Assembly (NCBI GenBank): GCA_039989895.1
Contig: JBDXGY010000006.1
Coordinates: 938,245 to 1,002,244, forward strand
Length of the DNA: 64,000 nucleotides
DNA from: Hyphomicrobiales bacterium
GTDB lineage: Bacteria; Pseudomonadota; Alphaproteobacteria; Rhizobiales; JACESI01
Direction of reading: 5' to 3'
Shown here: positions 49,333 through 59,064 of the stretch, piece after piece
Layout: every line of letters begins with the position of its first letter
How positions within the stretch are numbered: position 1 is the stretch's first letter
Notes under the pieces: model-generated
What the model saw: only the letters and a program-made list of their open reading frames with translations
Database searches by the model: none
What the model was told of the DNA's origin: nothing
Translations under genes and position numbers: made by a program

Positions 49333-52300
49333 TTGATGCACTGGAAGCTATTCTTCGGCGTCCAAAAACCGTTATAACAATGATGCTGGCGATGCTTATC
49401 GCTGGCATATTGGTCTACAAATCAATTCCCAAAGAAGCCAACCCTGACATCGATGTTCCCATATTTACCATTCAAGTGGTCCAACAAGGCATCTCACCGC
49501 AAGATGCAGAGCGCCTGCTGGTTCGCCCCTTAGAGACAGAACTGCGCGGTGTTGATGGACTTGAAGAAATCATCGCTGTTGCCTTTGAAGGCGGCGCATC
49601 AGTCACAATGGAATTTAATGTCGACTTCGACAAAGACAAGGCCCTTGCCGACGTTCGCGATAAGGTTGATCAGGCACAGGCAGACTTTCCACCCAATGCG
49701 GAAGAACCGCTCATCACAGAAACTAATTTCTCTCTTCAACCAACAATCTTTGTCACTCTTTCTGGCAATGTGCCTGAGCGAACGCTGCACCGCCTCGCCA
49801 ATCGCCTGCAAGATGAGATTGAAGCAATCAACACTGTGCGCGAGGCTAATCTTTTAGGGGAACGTGAAGAACTGCTTGAGGTTGTCATTGATCTTGAAAA
49901 ATTAGAATCTTATTCGATCAATCAATCTGAACTCCTCATCGCTGTTACCGCCAACAATCAGCTGGTAGAAGGTGGTTTTCTTGATAGCGACGGTGGCCGT
50001 TTTGCTCTCAAAGTACCAGGGCTTGTCGAAGATGTGGCCAATGTCAACCAAATCCCTATCCGTCAGGTTGGTGAAGCAGTCATCACATTGGGCGATGTGG
50101 CAGAACTGCGCCGAACATTCAAAGACGCAAGCAGCGTAACACGGGTGAACGGCAAGCCTGCCATCGCGATCGCAGTGGTCAAACGTATTGGCCAAAACAT
50201 CATCGCCAACAACAAAGAAGTCCGCGCGGTTGTTGAAAATTTCACAAAAGACTGGCCGGAATCGATTGAAGTCGATTTTGTTCTCGATAAGTCAGGTTTC
50301 ATCTATGAAGTACTTGGCTCTCTTGAAGCCTCAATTCTGACCGCGATTTTTCTTGTCATGATCGTGGTTGTGCTAACCTTGGGTGTTAAATCCTCACTCT
50401 TGGTCGGCTTTTCAATTCCACTGTCCTTCATGGTCGGCTTTCTTATTCTTGGTCTGATTGGCTACACGGTCAATATAATGGTGATGTTCGGCCTTGTGCT
50501 AACCGTCGGCCTTCTTGTGGACGGCGCCATTGTGATGACAGAATATGCCGATCGCAAAATGTCGGAAGGCATGAGCCATAATGACGCTTACATTCGTGCG
50601 GCAAAACTCATGTTCTGGCCGATCGTATCTTCGACAGCGACAACACTTGCAGCCTTCCTGCCGCTTTTATTTTGGCCTGATGTTACCGGCGAATTTATGA
50701 GCTATCTGCCGGTCATGGTCATCATTGTGTTATCGGCCTCTCTTCTCACAGCCATGGTTTTCCTACCAGCGTCAGGTGCCCTACTTGGCGAGATCTTCAG
50801 TATTGTTGGGCGTAATGCAGTTATAATCATATCTGCCATTGCAGCTTTTGTTACTGGTGCACTGTTTTATACGGTGAGTGCGCAATTGCTGAGTGGCTAT
50901 TTTGATGCACAGTTCATCAATATTGCGCAAATTGTTATCAGCGCGATGGTTGGCATTCTTGTCGGCGCTCTAGTGTTTCCTTTTGCACGCTGGTCAAACA
51001 ATCGAACCGACACCAAACCTAAAATAGATCACAATGCCACTCTACTTTCAGGCGATACACCACTTGACGTCAGGCAACTGCGAGGGTTCACCGGTCTTTA
51101 TGCTCGCACCATCAATAGGCTTGCTAACAATTTAATAGGCAATATTTTTGTTATCCTCATCACCATCGGACTGTGTGGCGCGACCATATTTTTCCTTCAG
51201 ACCCATTTTAGTGGTGTTCAGTTCTTCGTTGACGAAGAGCCGGACAACACGATTGTTTTTGTCTCAGCCCGTGGCAACCTTTCTGCTAAAGAGGCCAGTG
51301 ATATTGTGGGTGAAGTTGAAACAATCATTCTCGACATCCCCGGCATCCGTAGCGCGGTAACCACAGCCACCTCACCTACGGGCACCAACGGCTCAGGTTC
51401 CGGCAGCGGCGTTGCTGAAATCCAAGACAAGCCCAATGATGCTATAGGCGAAATATCGCTTGAGCTGGATGACTACAAAGTGCGCCCCACATGGATCTGG
51501 ATAGAATCTCAAATTCGTGAAAAAACACGGCAATTGCCAGGCATTAAAGTGGAGCCAAAGAAAATCGAAGGTGGCCCACCAACAGGCAAAGATTTACGCC
51601 TTGAGGTCAAATCCACAGACTACGGCAAGATGGTCGACGCCGTCAGTACAATACGCACCTATCTTGATAGCCGTAATGAGCTGCAAGACACAGAAGATAG
51701 CCGCCCTCTACCCGGCACTACATGGGAATTGACGATTGATCGGGAACAAGCAGCCCGCCACAATGCAACCGTTGCGGCCATTGGCAGCATGGTTCAATTG
51801 GTGACAAATGGTGTTCTCATCGGCACCTACAGACCTGATGATAGTGATGAAGAGGTGGATATTCGTGTGCGGCTTCCAGAACGTCAACGCACGCTCTCCA
51901 AACTTGATGAACTAAAGCTGCGCACCCCAAGCGGCCTCGTGCCTATCTCCAATTTTATCAAGCGCGAGGCAAAACCAAAAGTCTCCTCGATCACCCGACG
52001 TGACGGCCTTTATGCCATGGACCTGAAAGCCAATTTGGTAAACGGCGCACAATTTGACGGACGCGCCATGGTGCCAGACGACATGGTAAAAGAAGTCGAC
52101 AGCTGGCTCAAAGACCAAACATGGGATGAAGCTATTCAATTTCGTTTTCGTGGTGCAGATGAAGAGCAAAAAGAATCTGGTGAATTCCTAGTCAAGGCAA
52201 TGATCGGTTCGCTGTTCTTGATGTTCCTTATTTTGCTCACCCAGTTTAACAGCTTTTATCAAACCATTTTGACGCTCATGACTGTCATTCTAGCCGTGTT

Positions 52301-52859
52301 TGGTGCCTTGATTGGCATGATGATAACCGGCCAAAAATTTTCGATCATCATGAGCGGCACAGGCATCATCGCATTGGCTGGTATTGTTGTGAATAATGCC
52401 ATCGTTCTACTGGATACTTATAACCGCATGCGGGCTGATGGCGTTGATGTTCATGATGCAATCGTCAAAACCGCAGCCCAGAGACTGCGCCCTATCCTGC
52501 TGACTACAATCACCACCATTGCTGGTTTGATACCCATGGCGACGCAGATCAATTTGAACTTCTTCCAACAAGTGATCTCAATCGGCGGCATCACATCAAT
52601 CTGGTGGGTTCAACTCTCTACCGCCATTATCTTCGGATTAGCTTTTTCAACCTTGCTCACTCTCATTCTTATTCCAACGATGCTGGCGGTGCCTCTGAAT
52701 TTTGCGAATATTATCAGTAGTGTAAAAAACTTTTTTCGTTCTTTTACGGCTCACCCATCCAAAGTTGATACCAAGGCTGATGTAGATGAGACACAACAAG
52801 AACGGCAACCAGCAAAAATAACCGCCTTCCCTCAATCAATGTCAGATGCCGCAGAATAA
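49329..52859 (+). CDS. Efflux RND permease (AcrB/HAE-type), unusually long
   Basis: 1176 aa with the two-fold RND architecture: large periplasmic loops after TM1 and TM7, and conserved TM4 'GLVLTVGLLVDGAIVMTE'. An extra hydrophobic insertion lies between TM6 and TM7. Confidence 0.95.
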   Translation: MIDALEAILRRPKTVITMMLAMLIAGILVYKSIPKEANPDIDVPIFTIQVVQQGISPQDAERLLVRPLETELRGVDGLEEIIAVAFEGGASVTMEFNVDFDKDKALADVRDKVDQAQADFPPNAEEPLITETNFSLQPTIFVTLSGNVPERTLHRLANRLQDEIEAINTVREANLLGEREELLEVVIDLEKLESYSINQSELLIAVTANNQLVEGGFLDSDGGRFALKVPGLVEDVANVNQIPIRQVGEAVITLGDVAELRRTFKDASSVTRVNGKPAIAIAVVKRIGQNIIANNKEVRAVVENFTKDWPESIEVDFVLDKSGFIYEVLGSLEASILTAIFLVMIVVVLTLGVKSSLLVGFSIPLSFMVGFLILGLIGYTVNIMVMFGLVLTVGLLVDGAIVMTEYADRKMSEGMSHNDAYIRAAKLMFWPIVSSTATTLAAFLPLLFWPDVTGEFMSYLPVMVIIVLSASLLTAMVFLPASGALLGEIFSIVGRNAVIIISAIAAFVTGALFYTVSAQLLSGYFDAQFINIAQIVISAMVGILVGALVFPFARWSNNRTDTKPKIDHNATLLSGDTPLDVRQLRGFTGLYARTINRLANNLIGNIFVILITIGLCGATIFFLQTHFSGVQFFVDEEPDNTIVFVSARGNLSAKEASDIVGEVETIILDIPGIRSAVTTATSPTGTNGSGSGSGVAEIQDKPNDAIGEISLELDDYKVRPTWIWIESQIREKTRQLPGIKVEPKKIEGGPPTGKDLRLEVKSTDYGKMVDAVSTIRTYLDSRNELQDTEDSRPLPGTTWELTIDREQAARHNATVAAIGSMVQLVTNGVLIGTYRPDDSDEEVDIRVRLPERQRTLSKLDELKLRTPSGLVPISNFIKREAKPKVSSITRRDGLYAMDLKANLVNGAQFDGRAMVPDDMVKEVDSWLKDQTWDEAIQFRFRGADEEQKESGEFLVKAMIGSLFLMFLILLTQFNSFYQTILTLMTVILAVFGALIGMMITGQKFSIIMSGTGIIALAGIVVNNAIVLLDTYNRMRADGVDVHDAIVKTAAQRLRPILLTTITTIAGLIPMATQINLNFFQQVISIGGITSIWWVQLSTAIIFGLAFSTLLTLILIPTMLAVPLNFANIISSVKNFFRSFTAHPSKVDTKADVDETQQERQPAKITAFPQSMSDAAE

Positions 52860-52929
52860 TAATATGGTTGTAGAATCACTCAGACCACTCCATTTTGCTC
52901 TTAACGATCACAATGTGGGAACGTCTAAC

Positions 52930-53016
52930 ATGATGATATTCATAAAAACCGGAATACTATTGAGCTTGCCTTTTTTACTAAGTGCCTGCGGCGTGCCCTT
53001 TATTCCCCTGATCTAA
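52930..53016 (+). CDS. Possible 28-aa prolipoprotein micro-ORF
   Basis: 'MMIFIKTGILLSLPFLLSACGVPFIPLI' with the lipobox 'LLSAC'. It lies 70 nt after the RND stop on the same strand. The SD is weak and the predicted mature peptide is very short, so this call is speculative. Confidence 0.3.
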   Translation: MMIFIKTGILLSLPFLLSACGVPFIPLI

Positions 53017-53018
53017 AA

Positions 53019-53828
53019 TCAGTCCTCAGATGCGCCCAAGCCGCGTGCTTTTGCCAGCCGTCGATATGATCGCCAGCTGATGGGTATAAAGATGAGATAG
53101 AGCACTGTACCTATCGTCAAGAACCACCAAGTATAGGTGACAAGAAGCGCGACCAACATGACAACACCGATAATCATCGGAACCACCCATTCAGATGGCA
53201 CACCGCGACCAAAGGTCTTGCCTGAATAGGTTGGAACACTACTGACCATCAGTAATCCAATCGTAATGACATATAAGATCACAGGACCCTGTATGATGTC
53301 ATTCGCTGGAAACCCAAGAAACGACAAGTAAATCGGCAGCATACCAATGAGAGCACCGGAGGGAGCTGGCACGCCAGTAAAAAAGCGTGCGTGCCATGCC
53401 GGCTGGCTGGTTTTTTCCATAGCAGCATTAAATCGTGCTAGGCGCAAAGCTGCGCAAATGGCAAAAATCAAACTAGCGATCCAACCAATTGATCTGAAAT
53501 CTTGCAACCCCCACATAAAGAGCAAAATAGCGGGCGCCACACCAAAACTGACAAAATCAGTCAGCGAATCCAGTTCAGCTCCAAATTTCGACGACCCTTT
53601 AAGAAAACGCGCCAGCCGACCATCAATGCCATCAAGAGCAGCAGCAACCACAAGTAAGCTCACCGCAAGCTCCATACGCCCCTCAATCGCCATGCGAATG
53701 GCCGTTAGACCTGCACAAAGTCCTAACAAGGTCACCAGATTTGGCGCGATCACGCGATAAGGAATTTGGCGACGCTTACGCTGCCGCTTATCATTGGTTG
53801 GGTCTAAAGGCTGAAAACCGGTTTCCAT
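53019..53828 (-). CDS. pssA: CDP-diacylglycerol--serine O-phosphatidyltransferase
   Basis: 269 aa with the CDP-alcohol phosphatidyltransferase motif 'DGIDGRLARFLKGSSKFGAELDSLTD'. Confidence 0.9.
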   Translation of the reverse strand: METGFQPLDPTNDKRQRKRRQIPYRVIAPNLVTLLGLCAGLTAIRMAIEGRMELAVSLLVVAAALDGIDGRLARFLKGSSKFGAELDSLTDFVSFGVAPAILLFMWGLQDFRSIGWIASLIFAICAALRLARFNAAMEKTSQPAWHARFFTGVPAPSGALIGMLPIYLSFLGFPANDIIQGPVILYVITIGLLMVSSVPTYSGKTFGRGVPSEWVVPMIIGVVMLVALLVTYTWWFLTIGTVLYLIFIPISWRSYRRLAKARGLGASED

Positions 53829-53840
53829 ACGGAAAGTCCC

Positions 53841-54539
53841 TTAATCTACACGAACTGTGCGGGCTTCTGGCTTCTCGCCAAACCGTGCCACAACACTCTC
53901 GCCCGCTGTCATGATTTGACCAATATAAACATCCGGATGCGCTCCTTCGGGAAGATATACATCCAATCTCGATCCAAATCTAATCAGGCCAAAACGTTCG
54001 CCCGCTGAAATTGACGCATCCTCATTCGCCCAGCAAACAATGCGCCGCGCCACGAGACCTGCGATCTGAACCACCCCAATTGTGCCATGCTCCCCTTCAA
54101 TCACCAAACCATTGCGCTCATTGTCTTCACTGGCTTTGTCCAGGTCAGCATTGAGGAACAGACCTTTTTTATAGGCTATTTTCTTTATTGTTCCCGTAAT
54201 CGGTGCGCGGTTCACATGGCAGTTAAAAACATTCATAAATACACACACTCGCATCATCTGTGCGTCCCCAAGACCTAGCTCAACAGGAGGCACAGCATAA
54301 CCAATGAGACTGATGCGCCCATCCGCAGGACTAACAACAAGCGAACTGTCTAGCGGTGTTACTCTTGGTGGATCACGGAAGAAATAGGCAACCCATGCGG
54401 TTATAATTAAACCGACCCAAAGCAACGGCTCCCAAAAGAAGCTCAAAGCAAAAGAAGCAATGGCTGCAATGGCTATGAATTTATATCCCTCTTTATGTAT
54501 AGGAACGAGAGCGGAGCGAACAGAATCTATAACTGACAT
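53841..54539 (-). CDS. psd: Phosphatidylserine decarboxylase proenzyme
   Basis: 232 aa of the short alphaproteobacterial type. 'RFGSRLDV' contains the Gly-Ser self-cleavage site. It lies directly upstream of pssA. Confidence 0.9.
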   Translation of the reverse strand: MSVIDSVRSALVPIHKEGYKFIAIAAIASFALSFFWEPLLWVGLIITAWVAYFFRDPPRVTPLDSSLVVSPADGRISLIGYAVPPVELGLGDAQMMRVCVFMNVFNCHVNRAPITGTIKKIAYKKGLFLNADLDKASEDNERNGLVIEGEHGTIGVVQIAGLVARRIVCWANEDASISAGERFGLIRFGSRLDVYLPEGAHPDVYIGQIMTAGESVVARFGEKPEARTVRVD

Positions 54540-54625
54540 GGAATGACTTTATGCTATGGCTTTTAAAGTGTTCTGACACCAAATGCCTCAAATGAAAAGA
54601 GCGAAGATGCTTTCATCCGCGAAGA

Positions 54626-56572
54626 CTATCGCTTAATCAATTCGTCAGCCTTTGTACCTCGCGTCACAAAGCCTGCGTCATTTTCATGCACGGCCCGCAA
54701 ACGCTCTTCAGCCTCAGACGCTTCTCGCTGTCGATCCCACATAGAAGCATAAAGGCCGCCATTATCCAAAAGCTCGCTATGTTTGCCGCGCTCAGCGATT
54801 TCACCTTCTTTCAAAACAATAATCTCATCGGCCTCAATCACTGTTGACAGCCTGTGGGCAATAACAAGCGTTGTGCGGTTTTGGGAAACCACATCAAGGG
54901 CTGATTGTATTTCTCGCTCTGTGTGCGTATCAAGCGCGGATGTGGCCTCATCAAGCAGCAAAATAGGTGGCGCCTTCAAGATCGTTCGAGCGATTGCAAC
55001 ACGCTGTTTCTCACCGCCAGAAAGCTTCAACCCACGCTCCCCCACTTCTGTTGCAAAACCTTGAGGCAGTGCCTCGATAAAATCAGAGATCTGCGCCATG
55101 CGCCCCGCCTCAACAACCTCTTCTTCACTCGCATCAATGCGCCCGTAACGGATATTGTAAGCTATTGTATCATTGAAAAGCACGGTATCCTGCGGCACCA
55201 TACCAATAGTCGCGCGCAAGGATTTTTGTGTCACATCACGCACATCTTGCCCGTCAATCATGACGCGCCCGCTGGTGACATCATAAAACCTAAATAAAAG
55301 CCGAGAGATGGTTGATTTTCCTGCACCAGAAGGGCCAACAATCGCGACCGTATGACCAGCAGGCACGTCAAAATCGATACCCTTCAGAATTGGGCGATCA
55401 GGATCATAGGAAAAGACAACATTTTCAAATCGAATGGCCCCATCAGTCACTTCCAATTTTTTGGCGTCCGGATCATCTTTGATTTCTGCATCAACTTCCA
55501 AAAGCGCGAACATTTCTTCTATATCGGTCAACCCCTGTTTGATTTCGCGATAGACAAATCCTATGAAATTAAGCGGTATAGCAAGTTGAATAAGCAGCGC
55601 ATTGATCATGACAAAGTCACCAATCGTCTGCGTCCCATTTTGCACGGCCAATGCTGATAAAATCATGCAAGCCGCCATTCCGATGGACAAAATGACCGTC
55701 TGGCCGATATTCAACCACGCGAGTGATGTCCAAACGCGCACGGCAGCGCTCTCATATTGAGCCATAGAGCGATCAAAGCGCTCTGCCTCCATATCTTCAT
55801 TGCCAAAATATTTCACCGTCTCGAAATTCAACAATGAATCAATCGCTTTGGTGTTGGCATCTGTATCAGAGTTGTTCATTTCACGGCGAATATTGATACG
55901 CCAATTGCTAGCGCGCACAGTAAACCACGTGTAGCACCAAACCATGAGGCCAAGAATTGCCACATAAGAAAAACCGAATTGCCACGCGAAAACGGCAGCC
56001 ATAAAAGCAAACTCAAGGAGCGTAGGGAAGCCAGATAGAATGCTGAACCGAACAATAGACTCGATGCCTTTGACGCCACGTTCAATAATTCTGGATAAGC
56101 CACCAGTGCGTCTTTGCAAATGAAAGCGCAGCGACAGCTTGTGCATATGTCTGAATGTTCTTTGAGATAACCGCCGCACGGCATGTTGCCCAACACGCGC
56201 AAAATAAGCATCTCTGATTTGGTTGAAAACCATCGCAAGGACGCGCGTTAGACCATAAGCCACCACGAGCATAACCGGAACGGCCAGCCAAACTGGCAGA
56301 AAATCCGGTTGATCACCCTCACCCACCAGCGCATCAGTTGTCCATTTGTAGGTATAGGGTGTCAGAACCGTTATGATCTTGCCGATGACAAGATACACCA
56401 TCGCAACAGCCACACGCCATTGCAGGTCTTTCCTGTCTGACGGCCAGATATAGGGCCACAGGTTCTTTATGGTATGATAATCACTACCATCGGCCTTAAT
56501 TTTAGGCGCGTGGTCTTGGTTTTTTGAAGCGTTAATATCCGCCTTATCATTTGCAGGCTGGATTGATCTCAT
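54626..56572 (-). CDS. ABC transporter, fused permease/ATPase (ATM1/heavy-metal-tolerance type exporter)
   Basis: 648 aa with an N-terminal 6-TM domain. Walker A 'GPSGAGKST', signature 'LSGGEKQRVAIAR', Walker B 'LLLDEATSALD'. Confidence 0.9.
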   Translation of the reverse strand: MRSIQPANDKADINASKNQDHAPKIKADGSDYHTIKNLWPYIWPSDRKDLQWRVAVAMVYLVIGKIITVLTPYTYKWTTDALVGEGDQPDFLPVWLAVPVMLVVAYGLTRVLAMVFNQIRDAYFARVGQHAVRRLSQRTFRHMHKLSLRFHLQRRTGGLSRIIERGVKGIESIVRFSILSGFPTLLEFAFMAAVFAWQFGFSYVAILGLMVWCYTWFTVRASNWRINIRREMNNSDTDANTKAIDSLLNFETVKYFGNEDMEAERFDRSMAQYESAAVRVWTSLAWLNIGQTVILSIGMAACMILSALAVQNGTQTIGDFVMINALLIQLAIPLNFIGFVYREIKQGLTDIEEMFALLEVDAEIKDDPDAKKLEVTDGAIRFENVVFSYDPDRPILKGIDFDVPAGHTVAIVGPSGAGKSTISRLLFRFYDVTSGRVMIDGQDVRDVTQKSLRATIGMVPQDTVLFNDTIAYNIRYGRIDASEEEVVEAGRMAQISDFIEALPQGFATEVGERGLKLSGGEKQRVAIARTILKAPPILLLDEATSALDTHTEREIQSALDVVSQNRTTLVIAHRLSTVIEADEIIVLKEGEIAERGKHSELLDNGGLYASMWDRQREASEAEERLRAVHENDAGFVTRGTKADELIKR

Positions 56573-56710
56573 GAATATCCCTGAAATTTCTGCAAAGGTT
56601 CACCGTGCTGCCGTATGAGCGCTAAGTCACTTTAGTTCGATCTTACATCTTATTAGCTAGATAAGAGAAACTGCGGCCTAGTCAATCACACGTATAGGCT
56701 AAAGCGACGT

Positions 56711-58282
56711 TTAGTTTTGAGATGCAGCCTTGCTCCCTTCAGCGGGCAAAGTAAATGTCTGACCTGGAAATATAAGATTTGGATCTCTAATTTGATTGCG
56801 ATTTTGTTCGTAAATCGCTGTAAACTTCAGTCCATCCCCATAAAGGCGTTGGGCAATCGTCCACAAGTTATCGTTGCGCCGAATGATGACCGTATTACTC
56901 CCAGCATTAGCAAGGTCGGATAATGTTAAGTCCTCGACCACAAAAGGAACTTCGGCACGAGCACTAACACTTCCGGTTGATGTCGTTATTTGATCTACGC
57001 GAATTGTATGTTCACCAGGCCCTACAGCCTGTTTATCTTCAAATAGCCAGCGACCATTCTGACCCACCTTCACATCTCCGATAGATAGACTATCAATATA
57101 GACTCGCACGGAGCTGCCTGCTTTTCCTTCGCCAGCAATAAAGACCTTGTCACCATCCACCTCAACAGCTTCAACGGAAACTGTTGGTGCTTGTGGTTTG
57201 GGGGCTGTTTCTTTTTCTACTTTTGAAGCTGCTTCATCTAGTGCCTCACTAGGTGCGGAGGCTGCGTTGTCGCGCTTTTCATTCGCGATTGTGTCTTCCA
57301 CGAGCTTATCTTTTGGCTGTTTATTCCCGCCCTCATCCTCTGACGAACTATCGGAACGAACAGTGCTATCTGCCGGACTTGAAACATCTTCATCCGCGAA
57401 CTCATCCGGTTTTAAAAGTCGGGCCACACGCCTGGTTTCCTCAGCAGTTTGTGATGGCACATTCACACTCTCTCGCACCTCGTTGGCGACAGAATTAGTT
57501 TCCAATTTGGCCACAAGTGCCTCTTTTGCCAATTCTCTAGCCCTCTTACTTTCTGTCAGTGAAGAAGCCTCCTCAACCAAGTTGCCGTCATCACTTTCGG
57601 TGTTCCTTGATATTACCTCTTTTGGTGGCTCAACTTTTGCCAGTTGTTGGGCTTTTGGTTTTTGAAGAATTTCAATCGCCTTGCCCGGCTCCACCAAGGC
57701 AACCAATGGTTCACCCTTTTCCGGCACGCCAATTGCGACACTCTGGTTAGAAACATTCTCGGTTCCATCCGCATCTACAGATCGAATAACAACTTGATTG
57801 TTTTCGCCCTTGATCGCATCAAGAGGTAAAGCGACAAAAGCACCCGCGGCATCGGCCGTTGTTTCAGCAATGACTTCGCCATTTTTCTCAATAAGAACTT
57901 TTGAATTTGGCGCGGCCTGCCCTGCGATTAATGTCTCGCCTGTTTGCTCGACTCGAACAACATCGAAACTAGGGCTATCTGAATTATCTTCAATCCCTCC
58001 AAGCCCCTCTAGCGCGGCAACATCTTTCGGCGCTGGCTCCCTTTGTGCTGCAGTATCAGGTGAAGTACGTTCTCGTTCAACATTAGGCCTAGAAGCTTTT
58101 TGTGATGCGCCTCTTTGCGTCGTATCAGTACTGGAATCTCCGCTTCGCTTCGTTACAGGATCAACCAATGATGAGGTCTCAACAGATGAGTTTTGTAATC
58201 CAAAACCACCAAAATAAAAATAACCAAATAACGCTACAGAAAAAGCCGCCAATACTGATAAATGTACACGATAATTTTTCAT
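56711..58282 (-). CDS. LysM peptidoglycan-binding domain protein
   Basis: 523 aa with an N-terminal anchor 'LSVLAAFSVALFGYFYF', a long acidic/Ser-rich disordered region, and a C-terminal LysM 'IIRRNDNLWTIAQRLYGDGLKFTAIYEQNRNQIRDPNLIFPGQTFTLP'. Confidence 0.8.
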   Translation of the reverse strand: MKNYRVHLSVLAAFSVALFGYFYFGGFGLQNSSVETSSLVDPVTKRSGDSSTDTTQRGASQKASRPNVERERTSPDTAAQREPAPKDVAALEGLGGIEDNSDSPSFDVVRVEQTGETLIAGQAAPNSKVLIEKNGEVIAETTADAAGAFVALPLDAIKGENNQVVIRSVDADGTENVSNQSVAIGVPEKGEPLVALVEPGKAIEILQKPKAQQLAKVEPPKEVISRNTESDDGNLVEEASSLTESKRARELAKEALVAKLETNSVANEVRESVNVPSQTAEETRRVARLLKPDEFADEDVSSPADSTVRSDSSSEDEGGNKQPKDKLVEDTIANEKRDNAASAPSEALDEAASKVEKETAPKPQAPTVSVEAVEVDGDKVFIAGEGKAGSSVRVYIDSLSIGDVKVGQNGRWLFEDKQAVGPGEHTIRVDQITTSTGSVSARAEVPFVVEDLTLSDLANAGSNTVIIRRNDNLWTIAQRLYGDGLKFTAIYEQNRNQIRDPNLIFPGQTFTLPAEGSKAASQN

Positions 58283-58449
58283 GTCGATAACCTGACTTTA
58301 CTCCACCCAAGTTCATACCTAAGAAGTTTTTAGTCGCGTTTGTAATATTCTCAAACGAAATCAAATATTTGATCACCCCTGTTAAAATAGAAAATAGCCG
58401 TGATCATTAGTTTATAATACACAAGCATCATCAAATGGGGAAATCACAG

Positions 58450-59055
58450 ATGAATCAACTAAAAAGCATATGCGTGTTTTGCGGTTCACGTAGCGGTTCA
58501 AATCCACTTTATGAGGAGCAAACTTACGCCTTGGGCAAGCAATTAGCTGATAACAATATACGCTTGATCTATGGCGGCGGTCACTTAGGTCTAATGGGCG
58601 CGGTAGCAAATGGTGCACTAGATAACGGCGGCAAAGTAACAGGAATTATTCCTGAATTTTTATATAAGATCAGTGGGGTAGCTGAATTTTCTGAAAAACT
58701 AGATACCTTAATAATAACCAAGAATATGCATGAACGGAAAATGCATATGTTTGAAAGCGCCGATGCCTTTGTTGCCTTACCAGGTGGCATTGGCACACTT
58801 GAAGAACTTGTTGAGCAGCTCACATGGGAACAACTCGGACAGCACAAAAAACCGATTGTACTCGCTGACTTTGATAATTTCTGGCAGCCATTTATCGAAT
58901 TAATATCACATATGAAAGCTCAGTCGTTCATCTACCGTGAGCCTGATATCGACCCACTGAGAGCAAAATCAGCCGATGAAATTATTCCCATGCTAACTGA
59001 AGCTTTGCAAAAAACTGAACCACTAAACGATGATCTCATCAGCAAATTAATCTGA
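58450..59055 (+). CDS. LOG-family protein (cytokinin riboside 5'-monophosphate phosphoribohydrolase-like, TIGR00730)
   Basis: 'ICVFCGSRSG' and 'PGGIGTLEELVE' motifs. I prefer the start at 58450 (SD 'GGGGAAA' upstream) over the ORF-track 58435. Confidence 0.85.
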   Translation: MNQLKSICVFCGSRSGSNPLYEEQTYALGKQLADNNIRLIYGGGHLGLMGAVANGALDNGGKVTGIIPEFLYKISGVAEFSEKLDTLIITKNMHERKMHMFESADAFVALPGGIGTLEELVEQLTWEQLGQHKKPIVLADFDNFWQPFIELISHMKAQSFIYREPDIDPLRAKSADEIIPMLTEALQKTEPLNDDLISKLI

Positions 59056-59064
59056 CGTCGCCCA

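Noticed and set aside
57147..57665. 172-aa Ser-rich plus-strand ORF, together with 57798-58217
   Set aside because: It is antisense to the acidic, disordered region of the LysM protein. Ser/Phe/Leu richness is the expected mirror image of Glu/Lys/Asp codons.
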